From the IMG/VR virus record IMGVR_UViG_3300021400_000128, positions 72,916 through 136,915 of that record: a DNA stretch of 64,000 nucleotides. The stretch is one strand, 5' to 3'. The notes below the pieces were generated by a model that was given only the letters and a program-made list of their open reading frames with translations, searched no databases and had not been told where the DNA came from. Shown in pieces: positions 9,764 to 18,628 of the stretch. The first letter of the stretch is position 1; the number at the start of each line of letters is the position of its first letter. Position numbers and translations under genes: made by a program. Source of the stretch: a virus. Lineage: Duplodnaviria > Caudoviricetes.

Positions 9764-10045
9764 TCAACCAGCGTCTTCATCGTCACTCCAATCCAGTTTT
9801 ACTCCGCACACCGGGCAAAAATTGACTTGAGCACCATCATAAAATCGTCTGAGATAAAATCCGCATTCGCATTTATACACTTGAAATCCAAGATAATTCG
9901 CTTTCACTGTTCGCTTTTCAGGGTCTATGGTAGGCGCGTTTTCAATCTCTCGCCATACGTCCTTATTAGAAAAATCTTGGTCATCGTGAACATTCCACAG
10001 TTCTTCCAATTCCTCTTTCAATGCGTCAGCGTCAATTAACCTCAT
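9764..10045 (-). CDS. Zinc-ribbon hypothetical protein
   Basis: MRLIDADAL...APTID...FCPVCGVKLDW. Confidence 0.7.
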   Translation of the reverse strand: MRLIDADALKEELEELWNVHDDQDFSNKDVWREIENAPTIDPEKRTVKANYLGFQVYKCECGFYLRRFYDGAQVNFCPVCGVKLDWSDDEDAG

Positions 10046-10215
10046 CTGACAGCTCCTTACTCTCTATTATTTCTTCTGGATCAGGATCCATAAGAGCGCC
10101 ACAATTAGGACAATACAGTGACTTTTCTTCTGGCGTGTCGTACTCAAATCCGCATTCCGAGCAACGGTTGTAACCGTAATCGTCTTCTATCCATTCGCCA
10201 AATTGAATATCCATC

Positions 10216-10857
10216 TCAGCACTCCTCAATCATCTCCGTCGTTTCGCTAAACTCGCCACCCGAATTTTCTATCTTTGCATAAATGTCGCAATAAGTACAA
10301 TCAAAGTAATCGTCCACTTTTTCAAGAAACCATGGTTGTTTTTCTAATTCTGGGCCACCGTAATAATTCCAATTCAAGCCTCCGATTCGTGCATGAATAT
10401 ACAGAACATCGTCGCGGCCACAGTATTTATTCCAAACATTCCACTGCGCTCTTACTCTTTTATCTGCTTTTTTAAAAGCATATCTAAACATTTTGCGTTT
10501 TCTGCCGTGAACAGATTTCCATTTAACGTCTACCGTTTCACCATCTCGGCGGAATAAATACTTTTTAATAATTCGATCAGTTCGACCTGATAATTCAAAA
10601 CCGTTAGGGTCCAGCGAAACAAAATCTGATTGACAAAAATCCTCACAAAACATTAAAGCACGATAGTTAATCAAATCTTGTATTTCTTTTTCTGTCAGAG
10701 GTTTTTCATTTGTCATAAGACGCAGACCGCGAAGTCTCGGAACATCAATATTGTTATTCGTCATTACTGGTTCGAGATCTTCAATTTGAGCATAAGCACC
10801 TAAATCCATAATCATTCCTCTTTCGATTCTAATATTTTTAGTGCGGATTTTGGCCAT
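10216..10857 (-). CDS. Conserved phage hypothetical protein (start probably MDLGAYAQ)
   Basis: MDLGAYAQI...HARIGG.NW...DCTYCDIYAKI. Confidence 0.65.
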   Translation of the reverse strand: MAKIRTKNIRIERGMIMDLGAYAQIEDLEPVMTNNNIDVPRLRGLRLMTNEKPLTEKEIQDLINYRALMFCEDFCQSDFVSLDPNGFELSGRTDRIIKKYLFRRDGETVDVKWKSVHGRKRKMFRYAFKKADKRVRAQWNVWNKYCGRDDVLYIHARIGGLNWNYYGGPELEKQPWFLEKVDDYFDCTYCDIYAKIENSGGEFSETTEMIEEC

Positions 10858-11150
10858 CTTGTATCCTCATTCCAACCGTGATACCCTTTTGGTTGATAGC
10901 ATTCGATTTCTTCACCATCAAAGTGAAGAACAGGTGTCGCCCAAGTGGAAGCAAGATAAGTGGCACTTTTTACTGGTCTACCATTTTCATAGATAGTTCC
11001 GCCAGTCCAAAACCAATCTTCAGCCAATCCGGCACTTGCCGTTTCCGGTTTTCTCTCTTTTATGATTTTCGCCGCTTTATCCCAATCAAAGACTTTCCCA
11101 TTTCCGTAAGGTGTTGATTGATTTATTTCAATCTCTTTTAATAAAGCCAT
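10812..11150 (-). CDS. Hypothetical protein
   Basis: VFDWDKAA...AGLAEDWFWTGG. Confidence 0.65.
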   Translation of the reverse strand: MALLKEIEINQSTPYGNGKVFDWDKAAKIIKERKPETASAGLAEDWFWTGGTIYENGRPVKSATYLASTWATPVLHFDGEEIECYQPKGYHGWNEDTRWPKSALKILESKEE

Positions 11151-11496
11151 TTTCCACTACCCTTTCTTTTTTATATGCAAGCCACGTTTTCCCGTAATTA
11201 GCAGCATAAAACAATCTTGGATCAGTCAAAATTCCTTCAATAAAAGATTGTCTGATAACTACCCAGCCGCAATGTTTCTTTCCGATACTTTGAGATTCTA
11301 TCCAGATAGGTTTTCCGACCATCTGTTGAAGTTCTTCATATTCAAGTGGCTCGTTTTCAACATTTTCAAGCATTTCTCGATACTCTGTCAGATAGTGGAT
11401 CGTATCTGACAGCTCATTTTCATGCAGCTTAATCATTTGGTCATCATCAGGCTGCAAATCAGACAACCATGTGATTATTTCAGTTAAAGATTTCAT
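11128..11496 (-). CDS. Hypothetical protein, PLxxEEL..M.GKP.W family
   Basis: Motif shared with 49971, 55361 and 56303. Confidence 0.65.
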   Translation of the reverse strand: MKSLTEIITWLSDLQPDDDQMIKLHENELSDTIHYLTEYREMLENVENEPLEYEELQQMVGKPIWIESQSIGKKHCGWVVIRQSFIEGILTDPRLFYAANYGKTWLAYKKERVVENGFIKRD

Positions 11497-11698
11497 TCAT
11501 GACCACCGTTCCGCTCTGCGTAATACTGTCGGAGCTCATTCGTTAGTCCCAATACCATGACGATCTCGTTCCATTCATTAGAGCGTTTTTTGAGTTTTCC
11601 ATATTCAGCATCATCAGAAGCGTTCTCAATAGCATCATTCGCTTTGACGGCCATCTTGAAAAGGCGTTTCTTTGCACCATCGCTAATCACTGCATAAG

Positions 11699-11944
11699 TC
11701 ATTTATTTTTTTCCTCATCGTCCACTTTCATCACGATATCCTCACCGAAAACGACGTTCAAACCGGAGCCATTATCCCAATGAACCAGGATTGAGCCGAT
11801 ATCGTCAACGCCATGTACCGTTCCTAATGTTCCCATCGGAGGAGCCTGTACATCATTCATGTGGATAAGCTTCACACGGCAGCCGACCGGATAGATTTTG
11901 CGCAGTGTCGCGATTACGTCAGGGTGAATATTATTGAATTTCAT
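11699..11944 (-). CDS. DUF4314 protein
   Basis: YPVGCRVKLIHMND..PP.GTLGTV..VDDIG..V.WDNGSGL. Confidence 0.85.
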   Translation of the reverse strand: MKFNNIHPDVIATLRKIYPVGCRVKLIHMNDVQAPPMGTLGTVHGVDDIGSILVHWDNGSGLNVVFGEDIVMKVDDEEKNK

Positions 11945-12010
11945 TTGAGATTCCTTTTTTTAAACAGGTCGGGCGGATTTTTTCACCGCCCAGACCTTTA
12001 TCAATCCTTA

Positions 12011-12934
12011 TTATGCTTCAGCGTTCACCATGGCATATACCTTATCCAGGAGCGGGTGACCGTTCGTTACCTTATCGAAAAGGTTTCCGAAGTAGGAATC
12101 TGTCATTCTCAATGGTTCTGTGTGGCTTACCATGTCACTGACCGCATTCACAACACCGAAAGCCGTACCCCTGAAGTTGGCAATATCATCAGCGTTATAA
12201 CAGCGTTTCAGCTGTTCCCGCTGATAAAAAGCGTTTCTCAGTTCTCGTTCACTTGCATCCTTACTGACCGGGAAAAGTTCTTCCCAGAATTTCTGGATCT
12301 TTTCGTTTGAGATTTTGATTCTGGCAAGGCGGACATAATCCTCATTTACTTCCGTGAAGTAATCCTCAGACAATTTCAGCGTTCTGTCAGCTTCTTTAAT
12401 CTTTCCCTCAATATCACCGGTGTGACGAATCGAGAAGGAGCGATACGCATCCTTCACAGCAAGATTCAGTGTATTCTGACAAATTACGCGGATCGGGGTC
12501 ACGCAAACCTTTACCGCACCTTTTCCATCAAAGGAATTTTTGAAAATCAGGTAATGATGATACCAATCTCCCATCACCTGTTTCGGTTCCAGACTTGCCT
12601 GCAGCCAGATGGTTTTCCAGTCATTGCAGCTTCCGGCATTTTCGTATGTACATCCACGACCGATCAACCCGTCAGTGAATGCAAACGCATCCGTATTTTG
12701 CACGATCTTGTACCGATCAGTGACCATTCCAAGAACTTTTCCATCATTGGATTTCCGATTAACCCGGTATCCTTTGATATGGTTCCCTTGAACATCAAAC
12801 ACAGGTTCCTGAAGCACCTCGAAATCAAGGTGAGCAGCTTTCAGCGCATCAGCAGAAGTCAGTGCGTCATTCACAATCGTCGCATTGGTGCGGGCGAAAA
12901 TACTCGGGCGGGTGGAATAAAAACTTGTAAACAT
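12011..12934 (-). CDS. DUF932 (LGT_TIGR03299) protein
   Basis: LGMVTDRYKIVQN.DAF.F.D; NSFDG; TPIRVICQNTL; IRHTG. Confidence 0.85.
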   Translation of the reverse strand: MFTSFYSTRPSIFARTNATIVNDALTSADALKAAHLDFEVLQEPVFDVQGNHIKGYRVNRKSNDGKVLGMVTDRYKIVQNTDAFAFTDGLIGRGCTYENAGSCNDWKTIWLQASLEPKQVMGDWYHHYLIFKNSFDGKGAVKVCVTPIRVICQNTLNLAVKDAYRSFSIRHTGDIEGKIKEADRTLKLSEDYFTEVNEDYVRLARIKISNEKIQKFWEELFPVSKDASERELRNAFYQREQLKRCYNADDIANFRGTAFGVVNAVSDMVSHTEPLRMTDSYFGNLFDKVTNGHPLLDKVYAMVNAEA

Positions 12935-13149
12935 GTCATTCTCCTTATATTTTTACTTCAGATTATTTGATTACGATATCTTGTACATGGATGGGAATAA
13001 TATTATTCCTTTTAAAAAATCTCAACGCTTGCATAATCGGCGACATCAATATCGCCGTCAGGATATTTCACCACAACACAAGGATCGCCGTTTTCGATAA
13101 TGTATTCCAGGATTGAAACTTTTTCACCGTCAAGATAAGTGCTCATTTG

Positions 13150-13485
13150 TTGCCTCCGTTATTTTTAGTCTTGCTTTTTTCAACTTACATTACTTATTAT
13201 ACGCGCTTTTATTTAATTGTCAATGTATTTAATCATTTTTATTACATTTCAACTTATTTTTTAACCGGGAATTTCACCCGGTTATTATTACATATGACGA
13301 ATTATGGTATCAATCACCAGATACAGAGCATACAAGGCAACCAGTGAAGCAATCGCACCGATAAATTCTGAAATAATCGTAAAAAACATTGTGACCTCCG
13401 TTGTTTTTTATTCAATCAACTTACATTATTTATTATATTCAGCATTATATATTTGTCAATGTTTATGTTTATTTTCATTACATTT
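13150..13485 (-). promoter_or_regulatory. Two tandem early promoter cassettes with an intervening terminator
   Basis: TTGACA at 13218-13223 and 13454-13459, each 16 nt from TATAAT; hairpin at 13263-13283. Confidence 0.75.
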
Positions 13486-13638
13486 AATAATTGTTTCTAT
13501 TTTACATTTAACAAAAAATGCGCCTTGAAAAATTAACATCAGGACGCATTTTGAAGGACATTTTGTGTTTGATATATTGTTTATTGGTTTTGATATTTCA
13601 ATAGCTTTATTTTTAATCCTGTGCGCTCCAGTTGGGTC

Positions 13639-14250
13639 TTAACCGATTATGTGGATACGTCCACACTTTGGGCACTTGCTGTAAACAGGCTGCTTAATCG
13701 GTGCCGATACATTCTCAGGATCGTTGGTCATCGGTTTGTTCATTTGTTGTGAAGTCTGCACAGTTCTTGCTTCATGTTCCTGGGCGGTTTCAGCTGGTGC
13801 ATCGTCATAGACTTCCGTCAGATATCCGGTATTGGTTGGAGCTGTTGTCTGCGGTTTGAAGGATGGCGCGAATCCGAACATTGCCATATCGAAGTTCATG
13901 CTTTCCAGTTCCCGTTTTTCTACTGCAAGTTTTTCGGCATCCCATGTAGCAAATTCTGCTGTCCGGTTATCAGCGATCCGGTATGCTCTGATCTGTTCAT
14001 CTGTCAGGTCATCCGCACGAACACAGGGAACGGTCTTCATATGGAGCTTTATCGCTGCCTTCAGTCGTGTATGTCCAGCAACGATCTCATTATTCGCGTC
14101 AATGACAATCGGCTGTTTGAATCCGAATTCTTTTATACTGTTTGCTACATAATTCACCGCAGCGTCATTTCTGCGTGGATTTTTGATATATCCGAACAAT
14201 TCATCTACCGGGATTTCTTCTATTTCCATCATTTCAGCCTCCGGAGCCAT
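13639..14250 (-). CDS. ParB-N/Srx domain protein
   Basis: NPRRND..V..VANSIKEFGFKQPIVID...IVAGHTRL...AYRIADN. Confidence 0.9.
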   Translation of the reverse strand: MAPEAEMMEIEEIPVDELFGYIKNPRRNDAAVNYVANSIKEFGFKQPIVIDANNEIVAGHTRLKAAIKLHMKTVPCVRADDLTDEQIRAYRIADNRTAEFATWDAEKLAVEKRELESMNFDMAMFGFAPSFKPQTTAPTNTGYLTEVYDDAPAETAQEHEARTVQTSQQMNKPMTNDPENVSAPIKQPVYSKCPKCGRIHIIG

Positions 14251-15326
14251 TGATCATATACTTGAGAGGATATCTGTGCCATCATGACAGGCGGAACGCT
14301 CATTCCGCAAATGTATTTTGGAGATTGGTTTAAGAAGTTATAATCTTCTGGAAATGTCTGCATGTGGATAATATCCGTATCACTGATATTTTTACCATCA
14401 TACATTCTCGCCATACTTCCTGAGGCTGCAAGTGTCGGAGCAACATCGTTATCCGCAATTACACCATATTGAAAGCTCGTTTCTTTTTGGTTATTGTTTT
14501 TCATAATAGAAGATATATCCTTATCGCCAGGTTTTCTAACCATCAGGCGCATTTTTGATATTGCGTTTTCATTAGCCCATTCTTTTCCCGATTCGCTCCG
14601 TATTTCTTTAAACAGGATCGGCGGTTCATTGAAGGATAATTTTAATTTCGGAAGGTCAATATCATTTCTATGAGCAATGAAGAACACTCTTTCACGTCTC
14701 TGCGGTACTCCCATTTTCGCGGCATTCAGTTTAAATAACTGCACTGTATATCCCGCTTCATGATAAGCTTTGATGATTTCATTTACGTATCCTTTGGCGT
14801 TTCCTGCAAGTAATCCTGTGACGTTCTCCGCAATACTGACCTTTGGCTTCAGCTGGTCGATCAGTTTGATAAACCAGAAGAATAGATCGTCTAACCGCTG
14901 CATTTTCTGACCTTCCCGGAATTGCTTTTCTACATTCCACCCTTCTTCACGTTTTCCCGCCTGACTGAAGACGCTGCAGGGCGGAGAACCGTCCAGAATG
15001 TCCAAATCATATAATTCAGCGGGCTTTTCTTTATCCAGAAAATCACGGATATCCATCAAAAACGGGTATTTTGGATGATGATTCACCTGATATACTTTCA
15101 TTACACTGGAATCGATCTCACAATTACCGAGTAATTCATATCCGGCTAATTTGTATCCCATAGAGCTCCCCCCCCCGCAAGAGAAACATGAAAAGACAGT
15201 ACAGCCGTTCTTTTTCACATTTGCAAGATCTGTAAGGTTCCATTTCCACGGAAATTTATGTTCAGTCATTGTACCGGAATCCGCAGTAAGGGCATTGCCG
15301 TTCAAATTGTTCGTCTGCATAGTCAT
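14229..15326 (-). CDS. DNA cytosine-C5 methyltransferase
   Basis: FSCGGGSSMG, GSPPC, ENV, PQRRERVF, GMSVPP. Confidence 0.9.
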   Translation of the reverse strand: MTMQTNNLNGNALTADSGTMTEHKFPWKWNLTDLANVKKNGCTVFSCFSCGGGSSMGYKLAGYELLGNCEIDSSVMKVYQVNHHPKYPFLMDIRDFLDKEKPAELYDLDILDGSPPCSVFSQAGKREEGWNVEKQFREGQKMQRLDDLFFWFIKLIDQLKPKVSIAENVTGLLAGNAKGYVNEIIKAYHEAGYTVQLFKLNAAKMGVPQRRERVFFIAHRNDIDLPKLKLSFNEPPILFKEIRSESGKEWANENAISKMRLMVRKPGDKDISSIMKNNNQKETSFQYGVIADNDVAPTLAASGSMARMYDGKNISDTDIIHMQTFPEDYNFLNQSPKYICGMSVPPVMMAQISSQVYDQWLRRLK

Positions 15327-15861
15327 CTAAGTCAATCTCCTCATTGTCGTTTATTTTACTGATTGGTTCTGTTGGTCTTGTATGGATCGGTATTTCTTCA
15401 TTGCTATCATATTCTGAATCATCGGAATATGTCTGATCGATTGGCAATGGTTCCGGGTCCTGAGTGATAATACCGAACCCAAAACTGTTCATATCAAAAC
15501 CAACGTTTTGAAGCTCTTTCATTTCGATACTGAGCTTTTCAAAGTCCCAACCGGATTGTTCCTTCACCTTGTTATCCGCTAATCTGTATGCTTTGATCTG
15601 CTCATCGGTAAGGTCATCTGCCATCACACATGGCACTGTAGTCAGTCCGAGTTTCTTTGCGGCAAGAAGACGGGTATGTCCTGCGACAATAACATAATCC
15701 TTATCTATTACGATAGGCTGCTTAAAACCAAATTCCTTGATTGACGCAGCAACATATTTCACCGCCGGAAGGTTGTTCCGTGGATTGTTTTCATACATTT
15801 TCAGTTTCTCAACCGGTATCTCTATTATTTCCATCAGCTTTTTCTCTTTCCATAAATCCAT
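15262..15861 (-). CDS. ParB-N/Srx domain protein
   Basis: NNPRNN...FGFKQPIVIDK..VIVAGHTR; C-terminal CPYCG. Confidence 0.9.
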   Translation of the reverse strand: MDLWKEKKLMEIIEIPVEKLKMYENNPRNNLPAVKYVAASIKEFGFKQPIVIDKDYVIVAGHTRLLAAKKLGLTTVPCVMADDLTDEQIKAYRLADNKVKEQSGWDFEKLSIEMKELQNVGFDMNSFGFGIITQDPEPLPIDQTYSDDSEYDSNEEIPIHTRPTEPISKINDNEEIDLDDYADEQFERQCPYCGFRYND

Positions 15862-16496
15862 GCAATAGGAATAAGCGTATAAGTGTCTTTTAGTGCTCTG
15901 ATACAGTTAACCATCGTCATTCCACTTGTACAAACATCATCAATAAAGATACAAACTGGTTTATTAGAGTGTCCGATTACCTGTATCACACCTCTGTCCT
16001 GTGTTACATCCGCGTATGTTGATCCTGATAAGTGTCTGTCTGCAAACATCTTGACGTATGGACAATTTAATTTCTCAGCAAGAACTTTCCCGACTTCGGA
16101 AATGAAATGTTTTTTTGTTTTGCTATGTCCTTGCGGAGCATTATAGACAAAGCAGTTATCGGTTTTATGAATCAATTGCCGGATCGTGAGTTCGAACTCA
16201 CTGGCAACCATATTCAGAGCTTCAGGTTCCTGTTCCGCTTTTACTCTCTTGAGCCATTTGACCTGTTCTTTTTCGCTGGTGTCCCAAGAGCGAATAGACA
16301 ACCAACGATAATCACCTTTTCTGTTAAATTTCGGAGCTAATGTTCCGATATTAACAGGCATGATTTTCAATTCATGGTCAACAGTATCAAATGCGCTGTA
16401 TGTACTGATTTTTTTCTTTGTACTTTCCGGAGATAACAAGCCATTATCAAATGAAAACACATCGAAGCTGAACCCAGCTCCTAAATCATTTCGCAT
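15834..16496 (-). CDS. Phosphoribosyltransferase-fold protein (ComF-like)
   Basis: IFIDDVCTSGMTM PRPP-binding loop. Confidence 0.7.
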   Translation of the reverse strand: MRNDLGAGFSFDVFSFDNGLLSPESTKKKISTYSAFDTVDHELKIMPVNIGTLAPKFNRKGDYRWLSIRSWDTSEKEQVKWLKRVKAEQEPEALNMVASEFELTIRQLIHKTDNCFVYNAPQGHSKTKKHFISEVGKVLAEKLNCPYVKMFADRHLSGSTYADVTQDRGVIQVIGHSNKPVCIFIDDVCTSGMTMVNCIRALKDTYTLIPIAWIYGKRKS

Positions 16497-17020
16497 TCGA
16501 TCCCCATGTTCGTTAACCGTTCGTAGGTTTCCCGCTGTTCATTTAGGCTCTTGCATTCAATCTGTACAATGAAGCGAGGATTACCTGATCCGGATGTTTC
16601 ATTATCATCCTCATCCTCTTCTTCATCGTCAGTATCATAATTCGGGAAAAACCCGAAGTCGGCGATGTCGAATTCCAACGGATCGAGAAGCATGAATTCT
16701 TGTTCCAGACGGTCATAATCCCAGGTGGACATTTCCGCTACTTTGTTATCTGCAAGACGAAAAGCGCGGATCTGGTCTTCTGAAAGGTCATCTGCCATGA
16801 TGCAAGGGACTTTTGCCATCTTTAACCGTCTGGCTGCCTTGTATCTGGTGTGCCCGCAGATGATCATGTTGTTCTTATCAATAATAATGGGTACTTTAAA
16901 ACCGAAATTCTGAATTGAATTTGCCACGTACTGGACTGCATCGGAGTTCTTTCGTGGGTTGTTTTCATACATTTGAAGGTCGTTGATGTCTTTATATACT
17001 ATCTGTAACTCATCTGCCAT
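16481..17020 (-). CDS. ParB-N/Srx domain protein
   Basis: NNPRKN...FGFKVPIIIDK..IICGHTRYKAA. Confidence 0.9.
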   Translation of the reverse strand: MADELQIVYKDINDLQMYENNPRKNSDAVQYVANSIQNFGFKVPIIIDKNNMIICGHTRYKAARRLKMAKVPCIMADDLSEDQIRAFRLADNKVAEMSTWDYDRLEQEFMLLDPLEFDIADFGFFPNYDTDDEEEDEDDNETSGSGNPRFIVQIECKSLNEQRETYERLTNMGIECEMI

Positions 17021-17265
17021 ATTCTCTCCTTACGTTTAAATAAAAAGTAGACACTTGTATGTACAAAGTGCCTTCTTAGGGTCTGATTATATTTTACCTT
17101 ATTTTATTATTCACATCGTTGTCATTTCATCCCATATATAGTGATATGGTATCCATCGTGTGGAAGTGTCGAATTCCGTCACAGGCTGAATCACGGGTAT
17201 CCGGTACTCACCTGTTCCAACGAACATCGCTTTTTCAAGATTTAATAATGGGAGCTGACTTTTCT

Positions 17266-17979
17266 TCATTTCTTCTTACCGAGCTTTTCCCGCTGTTTTC
17301 TTATCCGCTCATCATGTTTTTCCATATCTTCAACGTTGTATGTCTTTCCACCAAACAATTGATATCCTCGTTCTAACGGTATCACTTCATCCTTCAGCTC
17401 TTCTGGCACAATACCGTTAAACAATATCTGTGATGGGTTCAGTCGTTTCTTCATTTCTTCATAACCCATCCAGAAATTATCATAATAATCCTTCGTCTGC
17501 ATTGTCCCAACGGTTGACACACAGACCACCGAGTTTGTAGGTTCACCGTCGAAGCAGAATTGAAACGTCTGTGGCAATGCCCATGTGATCGTTGGGATAA
17601 TGTTCACCCCGTTCATTTGAAGATAGGCAGCTACCCAGTGTTTTCGGTAGTGATTCCACACCTGCATCGCCTTCGGCATATTGGTATATATCGAAAACTC
17701 AGGGGAACAGACATAGCGGTACTGTTTCAGACGATCAAGATACAGGTCAGGTGCACTCCAAAGACGTTCGAATTGATAATCATGAACGTGAAAATGGATA
17801 CCACGCTTAGATGGATCGTTCTTTTTGATATCACTTTGCATATAGTTGAATGGGATCCACTTTGTTGTTGTGTCGTATTCCTTCACTCTGCCTGCTATCA
17901 CAGGAATTCCATATTCACCGACACCATCAAACAGAGCTTTTTCCATATTTAGCAGTGGGACAATAAACTTTTTTGCCAT
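17266..17979 (-). CDS. DUF4417 protein
   Basis: GIHFHVHDYQFERLW..P..Y; SPEFS.Y..MP.A.Q.WNHYRKHW; IPTITW; CFDGEP. Confidence 0.85.
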   Translation of the reverse strand: MAKKFIVPLLNMEKALFDGVGEYGIPVIAGRVKEYDTTTKWIPFNYMQSDIKKNDPSKRGIHFHVHDYQFERLWSAPDLYLDRLKQYRYVCSPEFSIYTNMPKAMQVWNHYRKHWVAAYLQMNGVNIIPTITWALPQTFQFCFDGEPTNSVVCVSTVGTMQTKDYYDNFWMGYEEMKKRLNPSQILFNGIVPEELKDEVIPLERGYQLFGGKTYNVEDMEKHDERIRKQREKLGKKK

Positions 17980-17982
17980 GTG

Positions 17983-18549
17983 TCACCCCACGGAAGATTC
18001 ATAATCGTTCCTGACAGATGCGTCCCCCATCTCACATCTTGCCATTTTGTGAAATTCGTCTAATCCTTTGTCGCGGATACACTCCAGGAACTTGATAATC
18101 AGTGTATCAGTCTCCGGATGAAAATGTCTGCCTTTTCGCATTTTCTTATAGTGGATCATTGGTGATTCAGGTGTCCAGGCTTCTTTTTGATAGACCTTCC
18201 CGGCACCGATCCAGTCACAGATCATCTCTATGACATAGTGATATGGGATTTTGTTTGCAATCACACTTCCGTCTGCTTCAGTAAAATCTGTCCAAAATTC
18301 CCAATGATGAGGATTCGCTCCTTTGTGATGGAGCCATGCATAGCTGTAGCCGATGTCTTCCTTCTCTGCTTCAATCGGGCTTCGGTTCCCTTGAAAGTAT
18401 TTCGCCGAGGGTATGAACTCTGCAAAACTAAATTTTGAAAGATCATGTTTGATTCCCTGCCATGTGATACCACACGCTCTGCATTCCTTGAATACAACTT
18501 TTTTATGTCTGCAAACGGTTAGAAAATGTTTGATATAGGGATTGTTCAT
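17983..18549 (-). CDS. DUF5662 HD-like protein
   Basis: H...V..H; HDLSKFS; AWLHHKG.NPHHWE; EMICDW; start set to ATG 18549 after AGGAG. Confidence 0.8.
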   Translation of the reverse strand: MNNPYIKHFLTVCRHKKVVFKECRACGITWQGIKHDLSKFSFAEFIPSAKYFQGNRSPIEAEKEDIGYSYAWLHHKGANPHHWEFWTDFTEADGSVIANKIPYHYVIEMICDWIGAGKVYQKEAWTPESPMIHYKKMRKGRHFHPETDTLIIKFLECIRDKGLDEFHKMARCEMGDASVRNDYESSVG

Positions 18550-18628
18550 ATTACTCCTAATGTGTAAATAAGAAGGCACCTGTTAATTAAGGTGCCTTCT
18601 TAGGGTCTGTGTTTATTATAACAGAATA

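Noticed and set aside
11966-11997. Pseudoknot family member
   Set aside because: Simple hairpin with no second stem
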